Origin: Geobacter metallireducens GS-15
Lineage (GTDB): Bacteria > Desulfobacterota > Desulfuromonadia > Geobacterales > Geobacteraceae
Assembly: GCF_000012925.1 (NCBI RefSeq)
Contig: NC_007517.1
Coordinates: 2,040,001-2,072,000, forward strand
Direction: 5' to 3'
DNA: 32,000 nucleotides
Shown here: positions 25,231 to 32,000 of the stretch, in pieces
Numbering within the stretch: position 1 is the first letter of the stretch
Layout: each line of letters starts with the position of its first letter
Notes under the pieces: model-generated
The model's database searches: none
What the model was told of the DNA's origin: nothing
The model's input: the letters and a program-made list of their open reading frames with translations, nothing else
Translations under genes and position numbers: made by a program

Positions 25231-25869
25231 TCAGCTGTTTGTGTGAACGGCTTTGAGGAAGGAAATGGCTTCAACGGCATCGTTGTTGCCCTCGAGTTGG
25301 TAAACCTTTTGAAGAGAAGTAAGGACTGATTCGTGAAGTCTTTCAAGTTCCGCTCGTTCAGCGCAGATATGATGATCGAAGGGCTCTTCGGGAAGGAACT
25401 CCCCAGAATATTCATCCTGAGCAGCTTCGAGATATCTCCTGGCCCCGGAGATGTCTCCACGAGCCAGCATCTTGATTCCGGTCTGAGCGTATCCTTTGAA
25501 TTGGCTCGAATCAAGGGAGAAAATATTGAAATCGAGACGGATGGCTTCACCAAGAGTCATAATGGGATTAATACTGCGCGGGCCCATAAATGACTTGCGG
25601 AGTCTGCTCAAGGTGGTTTTGAAATTCTTTGCGCCGGAGACCGGGTCACAGCCAGGCCACAACATGTCAATGAGTTTGTCTCTGTGGAGCCACTGGTCGT
25701 AGGAAATGAGCAAATAGCAGAAGAGTATCCTCGCCTTCTGGCTTTCCCATAAAATGGTCATTGGGGAATTGAGATAAGAAAGTCCCAGTCCACCGAAGGT
25801 TTTTATGGAAATCTGCTCAGGGTTGACCGATCCTTTATCAACCGTTGCACCTGAAGGCTGTGGGTTCAT
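25231..25869 (-). CDS. small SARP-type transcriptional regulator (OmpR-like winged helix plus BTAD), likely counterpart of G. sulfurreducens GSU1771
   Basis: 212 aa. ISIKTFGGLGLSY...KARILFCYLLISYDQWLHRDKLIDMLWPG...AKNFKTTLSRLRKSF is a SARP DNA-binding pattern. ARGDISGARRYLEAAQDEYSGEFLPEEPF...ERAELERLH is BTAD-like. The GSU1771 link is from synteny and memory. Confidence 0.75.
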   Translation of the reverse strand: MNPQPSGATVDKGSVNPEQISIKTFGGLGLSYLNSPMTILWESQKARILFCYLLISYDQWLHRDKLIDMLWPGCDPVSGAKNFKTTLSRLRKSFMGPRSINPIMTLGEAIRLDFNIFSLDSSQFKGYAQTGIKMLARGDISGARRYLEAAQDEYSGEFLPEEPFDHHICAERAELERLHESVLTSLQKVYQLEGNNDAVEAISFLKAVHTNS

Positions 25870-25907
25870 TTTTATTAACCATAATTAAATTACAAACGAT
25901 TTCACGT

Positions 25908-25936
25908 TTTGTACTACAAAAGGAGAAATGAGTCAA
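25908..25936 (-). promoter_or_regulatory. candidate sigma70 promoter for the SARP gene (TTGACT-N17-TACAAA)
   Basis: Minus strand: -35 at 25936..25931 and -10 at 25913..25908. It lies between the ctpA terminator and the SARP ATG (25869). Confidence 0.4.
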
Positions 25937-25963
25937 GAAATGCTCCCTTTAAAAACAGACGCA

Positions 25964-25997
25964 TAAAAAAAGAGGGGATGGACTCCCCTCTTTTTTA
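25964..25997 (-). terminator. intrinsic terminator after ctpA (end of the ftsEX-envC-ctpA transcription unit)
   Basis: agagggga (25971..25978) / tcccctct (25984..25991) with a 5-nt loop, flanked by A6 and T6 runs. 20 nt after the ctpA stop. Confidence 0.8.
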
Positions 25998-26017
25998 CTT
26001 CTGCCCCGCTAATAGAC

Positions 26018-27352
26018 CTAATTAGCCCTATTCATCGTCTTAAGGATTTCCCATCCTTTCAGGAGATCAAGCGCGCGCAACACTTGGTAATCTCCTTTCA
26101 ACTGATCATCACTCTTGGCGGCGGGAACCTTCCCTTTCTCCGTTTTCTTGTCTTCCCCCTCCACCTTCTCTCCGGACTCGAAGTGGTTTTCCAGATCCTT
26201 TTCCCGGATATGGCCATCCTTTTTCTCGGTTGGTTGAATTTCGGCACGTTCCACAATGATGTCAGGGGTTATTCCCTTTGCCTGGATCGATCGCCCGTTC
26301 GGCGTGTAGTAACGCGCTGTGGTAAGACGCAGTCCCGAATCATCAGAAAGCGGAATGATTGTCTGCACCGAACCCTTGCCAAAACTCTGCGTCCCCATAA
26401 CGACTGCCCGCTTGTGGTCCTGCAAGGCACCGGCAACGATCTCAGAAGCACTCGCACTGCCACCGTTAATGAGCACAACCATCGGATAGGCTGGTTCCGT
26501 TCCTCCCTTGTGGGCGTTGAACTGCATCCGTGAATCCTTCTCTCGACCTTCTGTATAGACAATAAGTCCTTGCTCGACAAAATGGTCTGCAACCTTGACC
26601 GCCTGGTCCAGAAGCCCGCCAGGATCGTTGCGAAGGTCAAGGACAAGCCCCTTCAAGGACCCGCCATTTTCCTCTTTCAGCGTCGCAAGAGCCTTCACCA
26701 AATCATCATCTGTCTTCTCCTGAAACTGGGCTATTCTGATGTAACCATAACCATTGTCGAGAGACGAGAAACGGACACTCTTAACCTGAATGATGTCACG
26801 TACGAGGGTGAAGTCCTTCGGCTTGTCAAATCCCTCCCGCACGATGGTCAGGATGACCTTGGTCCCCTTCGCGCCGCGCATTCGCTTTACGGCATCCATA
26901 ATGGTCATGTCCTTGGTGAAGCGGTCATCAATCTTCAAAATCTGATCGCCAGCCTTGATTCCGGCACGGAAAGCTGGGGTGTCCTCAATTGGCGAGATAA
27001 CCGTCAGGATACCATCCTTGATGGTTATCTCTATGCCGAGTCCCCCAAAGGATCCCTTGGTGTCTATCTTCATTTCCTTGTACATATCAGGAGGCATAAA
27101 GGAGCTATGGGGATCTAAAGATGCCAACATACCGTTGATGGCCCCATAGATGAGTTTCTTGGTATCGACCTCTTCGACGTAACTCTTTTTTACGATGGCG
27201 AGGACATCGGTAAATAATTCGATGGACTCATAATCGTTTCCGCCCTGTGCCGCACAGTGTTTCTGGGCAACAAAGCCTCCTCCCGCAAGCATCGCAAAGA
27301 GCACTACCGCCAACAGCGCAATTTTTTTACCCTTCCTGGTTCCAAACATCAT
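26018..27352 (-). CDS. ctpA: carboxy-terminal processing protease (S41 family, PDZ domain)
   Basis: 444 aa. FGGLGIEI PDZ region, LVLDLRNDPGGLL, INGGSASASEIVAGALQD, and SFGKGSVQT (Ser/Lys dyad context). Confidence 0.9.
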   Translation of the reverse strand: MMFGTRKGKKIALLAVVLFAMLAGGGFVAQKHCAAQGGNDYESIELFTDVLAIVKKSYVEEVDTKKLIYGAINGMLASLDPHSSFMPPDMYKEMKIDTKGSFGGLGIEITIKDGILTVISPIEDTPAFRAGIKAGDQILKIDDRFTKDMTIMDAVKRMRGAKGTKVILTIVREGFDKPKDFTLVRDIIQVKSVRFSSLDNGYGYIRIAQFQEKTDDDLVKALATLKEENGGSLKGLVLDLRNDPGGLLDQAVKVADHFVEQGLIVYTEGREKDSRMQFNAHKGGTEPAYPMVVLINGGSASASEIVAGALQDHKRAVVMGTQSFGKGSVQTIIPLSDDSGLRLTTARYYTPNGRSIQAKGITPDIIVERAEIQPTEKKDGHIREKDLENHFESGEKVEGEDKKTEKGKVPAAKSDDQLKGDYQVLRALDLLKGWEILKTMNRAN

Positions 27353-27376
27353 GCCTCCCGCGATGATTAGTTAAGT

Positions 27377-28561
27377 CTACCTGCACCATGACGCCGGATC
27401 GACCGGACGTCCCTGATAACGGATCTCGAAATAGAGCATATCACCCCGCGGGGAATCGACATCCCCGACACTGGCGATTGTCTCGTTTCTCGCCACCTCT
27501 GCTCCCACCCGTTTGGCGATTCGCGAAGCATGGGCGTAAAGGCTGAAAAATCCCCCGCCATGATCAACAATCACCATATTACCGTAACCTTTAAAGTAGT
27601 TTGCAAAAATGACTTTGCCTTCGTAGACAGCCTTGATATCGGCACCAGAGGGGGCTGCTATGGAAACACCATTACTTACTGTGTAGGAATTGAATTCCGG
27701 ATGTTTATGACGTCCAAATCCGCTCACAATTTTGCCACTAACAGGCAGCGACAGTCTCCCCCGCTGAGCACCGAAACCCTTGTCCGAAATGGGAGGAAGT
27801 ACCGGCGACATCCCTTTTGCCGATGGTTTCCGAGCAGCTGAAGTATAGCTTTTTCTACTCATGGCTTCAAGCTTTCGCACCATTGCCTGAAGCCTTCCGG
27901 CGTTGGCCTGGAGCTCACGCAAGGACGCCAGATGGGCCTGCTTGTCTTGCCGCACCTTTACGAGATAGGCCGCCTTGTTGCTTTTTTCGCCTGCGATCTC
28001 CTGCTTTTTCTGCTCGATGCCAATCTTGAGACGTTCCTTACGGTTGGCATCGTTTTCGAGTACCACCTTAAGCTTTGAAAGTTCCGCAATTTTCTTGTTG
28101 TAGTCGGCAAAGAGTTTTCGGTCGTTATCAATGACCGACCTCATGTACCGCAGATTTTCTACCATCTGGGGGAACGACTCAGAGGAGTAAAAAACCCTCA
28201 CATTACCGATTTCCCCGGCTTTATAGACGGCAACAAGTCGGCGCTCAATCTCATGCTTTTTCTGCTCAACTTCATTCCGTACAGTATTAATTTCCGTCTC
28301 GGTCTTGGAGATGGTTCGCTCCACGCCCTGGAGCTCCCTGGCAAGGGACGCAAACTGAGCTTCCTTTTGTTTGAGGTTCCGGTCAATGGCTTGCAGTTCG
28401 CCCGACACCTGCTGCTCCACCTTTGTGGTCTTTTTCAGAAGTTGCTTCTTCTCCTTGATTTCCTTCTTGACCCCCTGCAACTGGTCACGCACATCGGCAT
28501 CGGCTGCAGCCGCCGTAAGGAGCACCACCAGCAAAGCGGTTATGGACTGTAGCCATCTCAT
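27377..28561 (-). CDS. envC: murein hydrolase activator, EnvC-like (coiled coil plus degenerate LytM/M23 domain)
   Basis: Signal peptide, about 230 aa of heptad-rich coiled coil, and a C-terminal M23 fold. The usual HxxxD and HxH metal ligands are replaced (SNGVSI, MLYFEIR). ATGA overlap with the ftsX stop. Confidence 0.85.
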   Translation of the reverse strand: MRWLQSITALLVVLLTAAAADADVRDQLQGVKKEIKEKKQLLKKTTKVEQQVSGELQAIDRNLKQKEAQFASLARELQGVERTISKTETEINTVRNEVEQKKHEIERRLVAVYKAGEIGNVRVFYSSESFPQMVENLRYMRSVIDNDRKLFADYNKKIAELSKLKVVLENDANRKERLKIGIEQKKQEIAGEKSNKAAYLVKVRQDKQAHLASLRELQANAGRLQAMVRKLEAMSRKSYTSAARKPSAKGMSPVLPPISDKGFGAQRGRLSLPVSGKIVSGFGRHKHPEFNSYTVSNGVSIAAPSGADIKAVYEGKVIFANYFKGYGNMVIVDHGGGFFSLYAHASRIAKRVGAEVARNETIASVGDVDSPRGDMLYFEIRYQGRPVDPASWCR

Positions 28562-29508
28562 TGCGGGTTATTGATGAATCGTTTCAGGGAAGTGAGGCTA
28601 CCAAGGAACCCGAGGACCACTCCTCCGGCAAGAATTCCGGCAATATACAATGGCGGAAGGAACGAAAGCCCCGATACCGACGAGGAGAAGTTGACGAAAT
28701 TCGTCGCGCTGTGGAGAAAACCGAAAAAAGCAGCCACAAGAATGAGAAGTGACAGAACTGCTCCGGCAGCGCCCTGGATGATTCCCTCAATGAGGAAAGG
28801 AGCCTTGATGAAAAATCGGGTGGCCCCCACAAGCTCCATCACCTCAATCTCCTCTTTTCTGGCGTAGATTGTCAATTTTATGGTGTTTGACACAATAAAG
28901 AGCACTGCCATCAGGAGGAATCCTCCAAGGAGCGCTCCCACAAAGCGAAGGAAGTTCATGAACGTATTGAAGCGCCTGACCCATTCTTCGCCATACTGGA
29001 CCTCCGCTATGCCGGGAACTTTTTTGAGCCTGCCAACATAAGCCTCCATAGCGGCATCTTCACGACTATTACGCTTCAGAGTTATCTCGATGGAAGAAGG
29101 AAGCACGTCCGCCGGAACCCCTTCGAGAAGAGTTTCCTGGCCCTTCAGACGTTCGCGAAAACGCTTCATGGCTTCCTGTTTGCTGACGTACCCGACCTTA
29201 TCAGTCCCATCAATGGCCTTCACCCTCGTCATGATAGCAGAAAGTTCCTGAGGGGTTGGCTCAGTATTGAAATACGCGGTCACCTGAATCTTCCCACTCC
29301 ACTCATCGGCCGTAGACTCCAGATTCACGAAAATGAGGAGGAACAGCGAAACGATAAGAAGCGCCAGGGTTATGGTACCGATGGCGAGAACGTTCACCAG
29401 AACGTTCTGACGAATATTGAGGAGTGCCCGGGCAAAGAAGTAGCGGATCCTCCCCCCTACCCCGTCACTGGACATGGCGGGACGAATGGACGGCTTATTT
29501 CGGGACAT
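28558..29508 (-). CDS. ftsX: cell-division ABC transporter permease-like protein FtsX
   Basis: Four TM segments with a large first periplasmic loop, downstream of ftsE. I prefer ATG 29508 (GGAGGA 6 nt upstream) to the track's TTG at 29523. Confidence 0.88.
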   Translation of the reverse strand: MSRNKPSIRPAMSSDGVGGRIRYFFARALLNIRQNVLVNVLAIGTITLALLIVSLFLLIFVNLESTADEWSGKIQVTAYFNTEPTPQELSAIMTRVKAIDGTDKVGYVSKQEAMKRFRERLKGQETLLEGVPADVLPSSIEITLKRNSREDAAMEAYVGRLKKVPGIAEVQYGEEWVRRFNTFMNFLRFVGALLGGFLLMAVLFIVSNTIKLTIYARKEEIEVMELVGATRFFIKAPFLIEGIIQGAAGAVLSLLILVAAFFGFLHSATNFVNFSSSVSGLSFLPPLYIAGILAGGVVLGFLGSLTSLKRFINNPQ

Positions 29509-30166
29509 CGGTATCCTCCGCAACGCGGCCCCTATCGAGCACGATAACGCGCCTATGGCTGTTCTCGATCACCCGGCGGTCGTGGGTCGCCACCACCACC
29601 GTGGTACCCTTGATGTTCGCTTCCCGGAATATGGACAGAATCTGTTCCTTGTTCTCGTCGTCCAGATTGCCGGTCGGTTCGTCTGCCAGGAGAATCTTCG
29701 GCTCATTCACCAGCGCCCGGGCCAGGGCGACCCGTTGCTGCTCCCCTCCGGAAAGCCTTAGGGGGGTGGCGTTGATCTTGTGCTCGATCCCCATTTGTTT
29801 TAGTACATGGTAGACCTTTTTGCCGATATCACGCTTACTCCAGCCAAGCACCTCAAGGGTTATGGCCACGTTTTCCAGAACCGTCCGATTGGGGAGGAGC
29901 TTGAAATCTTGGAAAACAACGCCGATGGTTCGGCGCAGAAGCGGAATCTGTGTCCGGGTGAGTCGGGTGATGTTCTGGCCGTCAACGAGGACCTGCCCCC
30001 GCGAGGGGGAAAGCGCCCCGTAGACCAGTTTCAGGAGGGTCGATTTTCCCGCACCGGAAGGGCCGGTAACAAAAACAAAGTCCCCTTTGGGGACCTTGAG
30101 GGAAACGTCGTTCAAAGCTGCCGCGTCGCTCTGATACGACAGGAAAACATTGTGGAACTGAATCAT
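29495..30166 (-). CDS. ftsE: cell-division ATP-binding protein FtsE
   Basis: [11 protein letters not shown]..., Walker [10 protein letters not shown], signature LSGGEQQR, Walker [16 protein letters not shown] 30166 has GAGGA upstream; the track's GTG extension is rejected. Confidence 0.92.
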   Translation of the reverse strand: MIQFHNVFLSYQSDAAALNDVSLKVPKGDFVFVTGPSGAGKSTLLKLVYGALSPSRGQVLVDGQNITRLTRTQIPLLRRTIGVVFQDFKLLPNRTVLENVAITLEVLGWSKRDIGKKVYHVLKQMGIEHKINATPLRLSGGEQQRVALARALVNEPKILLADEPTGNLDDENKEQILSIFREANIKGTTVVVATHDRRVIENSHRRVIVLDRGRVAEDTDVPK

Positions 30167-30217
30167 CGTATCCTCTTTCCTCGTCACTGCCTCCGTGCGG
30201 TTGTTACCCGCAACGCG

Positions 30218-30640
30218 TTACCATTCTTTATACGGTTTCCCGTCAGTTCCCACCAGATCAGAACCACTATGGACATCGTAGACATTACCGGTTTCCTGTT
30301 TACCGGCGTCCGCCCCGCCAGTCGGAGCCGGGGGGGCGATAGTTTCCCAGCTGTCAGTTTTCCTGGTAAAGGGATCCGTCGGTAAACCGTGGATATATTT
30401 CTTGTCGACAAGATCTTGAAGCGTATCGGGATACTTCCCCTGGTCGGCGTAAAATTGGTCTATGCTGCTTCGGATGCTGTAGAGGTTCTCCCGCAACACT
30501 GCCTCTCTCGCCTTGATGAGGCTCCACTTGTAGCTCGGCACAGCAATGGTGGCCAGGATGCCGATGATGGTCACAACAATCATCAACTCCACAAGCGTAA
30601 AGCCTTTGCTTTTTGTTAGCATTTTTCGGAAGCTCGGCAC
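30218..30640 (-). CDS. GspG-like type II secretion pseudopilin (OxpG-like)
   Basis: Prepilin motif KSKG|FTLVELMIVVTIIGILATIAVP, then a GspG-like YADQGKYPDTLQDLV...LPTDPF region. The start is GTG 30640 (AGGA 8 nt upstream) or ATG 30622. Confidence 0.8.
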   Translation of the reverse strand: MPSFRKMLTKSKGFTLVELMIVVTIIGILATIAVPSYKWSLIKAREAVLRENLYSIRSSIDQFYADQGKYPDTLQDLVDKKYIHGLPTDPFTRKTDSWETIAPPAPTGGADAGKQETGNVYDVHSGSDLVGTDGKPYKEW

Positions 30641-30641
30641 G

Positions 30642-31157
30642 TTACCAGTCCTTGTATTTTGTCCCGTCGATGGCCGTACCCTCGCTCAGGGAATAGACGT
30701 CATACACGTCCGAATTGTCCCACGTCGTGCTATCGGGCTCGTCCTTGTAGGAACGCAGACCCCATTCGGGCTTTTCCCCTGACGCGGGACGGTTGAAGGG
30801 ATCTACGGGAATCCTCCGGAGGAACTTTTTCTTGGTCGACTTCGCTTCGCCGCCGAAATCGGTACCCGTAACCAGAACCTCCAGGGTTTCGGGATATCCT
30901 GTCTCGTTCAGGATCTGTTTCCCCTTGTGGGCGTCGTCATAGGCTTTTTTGTACTCGTCTATGGCAGTGCGGATCTCCCTGAGGGATCTGCGCAGCTCAA
31001 GCTCCTTGTTCCGCTTGACGGTCATCTGGGTAAAGGGAACTATCACTGTCGCCAGTATACCGAGAATGGTTACAGTCATTATGAGCTCAATAAAGCTCAA
31101 TCCCTTACGGTTTCGTATATACCTCACTGTCGAGACACCGATAAACTTCACGCTCAC
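30642..31157 (-). CDS. GspG-like pseudopilin paralog (171 aa as drawn; start uncertain)
   Basis: RKG|LSFIELIMTVTILGILATVIVP prepilin motif. GYPETLEVLV...IPVDPF. The C-terminus SDVYDVYSLSEGTAIDGTKYKDW parallels GNVYDVHSGSDLVGTDGKPYKEW of the neighbouring gene. The drawn GTG 31157 overlaps the upstream stop (GTGA); an internal GTG would give the leader MRYIRNRKG. Confidence 0.75.
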   Translation of the reverse strand: MSVKFIGVSTVRYIRNRKGLSFIELIMTVTILGILATVIVPFTQMTVKRNKELELRRSLREIRTAIDEYKKAYDDAHKGKQILNETGYPETLEVLVTGTDFGGEAKSTKKKFLRRIPVDPFNRPASGEKPEWGLRSYKDEPDSTTWDNSDVYDVYSLSEGTAIDGTKYKDW

Positions 31158-32000
31158 TTAACTTCGACAACCGTATTGTAGGGTACGACATCAATCGGCT
31201 TATTTGCCTGGTCAGTGAAGTTCACGCTCTGGAGGCCGAGGCTGGCCGGCCCCTTGTTCTTGGCAGTGAAGGTCGCGGTGAGGAGCGAACCGGCACCGTC
31301 GATGCCTTCGGCACCGGTTCGCGCCAATGTAATGGTCACCCTTCCCTTCGCCTTATCTACCTGGGCGTTGAAGCTGGTCGGCTTGCCATCCCGATTCAGG
31401 AACGTCCCTTCGACTGCCCCCACATAATCTATGAAAATCGGATCGTAGATAAGGACAAAGGGCGCCTTAAGGAGGCCCTTGACGTCGGAGACCCTGATCT
31501 CGACCTTGAACTGGGAGCCGAGATTCACAGCTGCCGGTGCAGATATATTAAGGCTTCCGCGCACGGCTGGCGCAGGTGCTGCAGCAACAGGGACGGCAGA
31601 CGCTGCTGCCACCGTCGCGGCAGGAGCCGCAGGAGAAGCCGGTACGGGAAGGGGCGCAACCGCCTGGGATTGCGCTGTGGACGGCGGGGCAGGCTGCTGA
31701 CCTGGAGCCGGCGCCGCCGATTGTTTGACTTCCGGGGAAGTCGTTGTCTGCGGGGCTGCCGTGGGTGCCGGACTACCGGGAACGGGTTGTAGAGGCGCAA
31801 CTCTCTGGGCAGGTGCAGAGACAGAAGCAGGAACCGGTGCAGGCGATGCTGCCGGCTGCTTGACGGTTTTGGGTTGGCCGATGGCAAACTCCGGCTCAAG
31901 CTCAAATGAAGCGAATGGTTTGACAACCGAGGGATCGTCCTCCTTGCCCGACCAGAAGGAAACAAGATCAGGCTCGGGAACGGTGACGGAACGGACCAGA
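31154..32000 (-). CDS. partial ORF (5' end outside the window): Pro/Ala-rich linker followed by a C-terminal cohesin-like module
   Basis: I translated this frame codon by codon from 31612 to 31999 and found no stop, so the track's GTG at 31612 is internal. The C-terminus LNISAPAAVNLGSQFKVEIRVSDVKGLLKAPFVLIYDPIFIDYVGAVEGTFL...GAGSLLTATFTAKNKGPASL is cohesin-like. Confidence 0.75.
   Translation of the reverse strand, partial: LVRSVTVPEPDLVSFWSGKEDDPSVVKPFASFELEPEFAIGQPKTVKQPAASPAPVPASVSAPAQRVAPLQPVPGSPAPTAAPQTTTSPEVKQSAAPAPGQQPAPPSTAQSQAVAPLPVPASPAAPAATVAAASAVPVAAAPAPAVRGSLNISAPAAVNLGSQFKVEIRVSDVKGLLKAPFVLIYDPIFIDYVGAVEGTFLNRDGKPTSFNAQVDKAKGRVTITLARTGAEGIDGAGSLLTATFTAKNKGPASLGLQSVNFTDQANKPIDVVPYNTVVEVK

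Noticed and set aside
25206-25553. 115-aa minus-strand ORF overlapping the SARP gene out of frame
   Set aside because: The SARP frame shows a clear winged-helix/BTAD pattern over its full length. This frame has no features.
25820-25845. The hexapeptide VDKGSV in the SARP N-terminus is identical to the DKGSV repeat of the neighbouring protein
   Set aside because: The underlying DNA differs (GATAAAGGATCGGTC versus GACAAGGGTTCAGTG), so there is no evidence of sequence transfer. A 6-aa match to a low-complexity repeat cannot be evaluated without statistics.
23098-26017. Calling the AT-richer insert a mobile element or genomic island
   Set aside because: No integrase, transposase, tRNA/tmRNA attachment site or flanking direct or inverted repeats are visible. 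I report it only as a compositionally distinct insert.
31525-31965. 146-aa Arg/Pro-rich minus-strand ORF near the window end
   Set aside because: It is an alternative frame of the Pro/Ala-rich linker. The frame contiguous with the cohesin-like module is open through to base 31999 and is the credible one.

Overview
This is a chromosomal segment that looks Geobacter-like (Geobacteraceae/Desulfuromonadota). The gene content and order, and a PpcE-type triheme cytochrome c7, match my memory of the G. sulfurreducens ppcE-to-GSU1771 neighbourhood; this needs confirmation by BLAST. I support 34 protein-coding genes, two of them running off the window ends. I saw no rRNA, tRNA, CRISPR array, transposase or integrase.

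Most of the window is housekeeping:
- iorBA
- a Na/Pi-cotransporter plus Ppx/GppA pair
- an OmpA-type envelope module
- ihfB
- a RumA/RlmD-like methyltransferase
- infA
- efp-epmA with a convergent epmB
- rimI-pyrK-pyrD
- purMN
- xseA
- ftsE-ftsX-envC-ctpA and a YibQ-like gene

The unusual material is in three places:
1. An AT-richer two-gene insert at about 23.1-26.0 kb, bracketed by terminators. It sits between the ctpA operon and the YibQ-like gene. It encodes a small SARP-type regulator and a 561-aa secreted protein. That protein has an N-terminal cohesin-like module, two in-frame 15-bp tandem-repeat arrays, a Pro-rich linker and a C-terminal dockerin-like pair of Ca-binding loops.
2. Two tandem GspG-like pseudopilin paralogs at the right edge, preceded by a partial ORF that ends in a second cohesin-like module. 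They lie directly upstream of ftsEX on the same strand.
3. An orphan ParA/MinD-like ATPase with roughly 200 aa of unassignable C-terminal sequence.

My top hypothesis is a cohesin-dockerin extracellular scaffold linked to an atypical type II secretion or pseudopilus cluster and to a SARP regulator. All functional calls rest on reading the translated ORFs by eye. No searches or computations were run apart from small hand counts.
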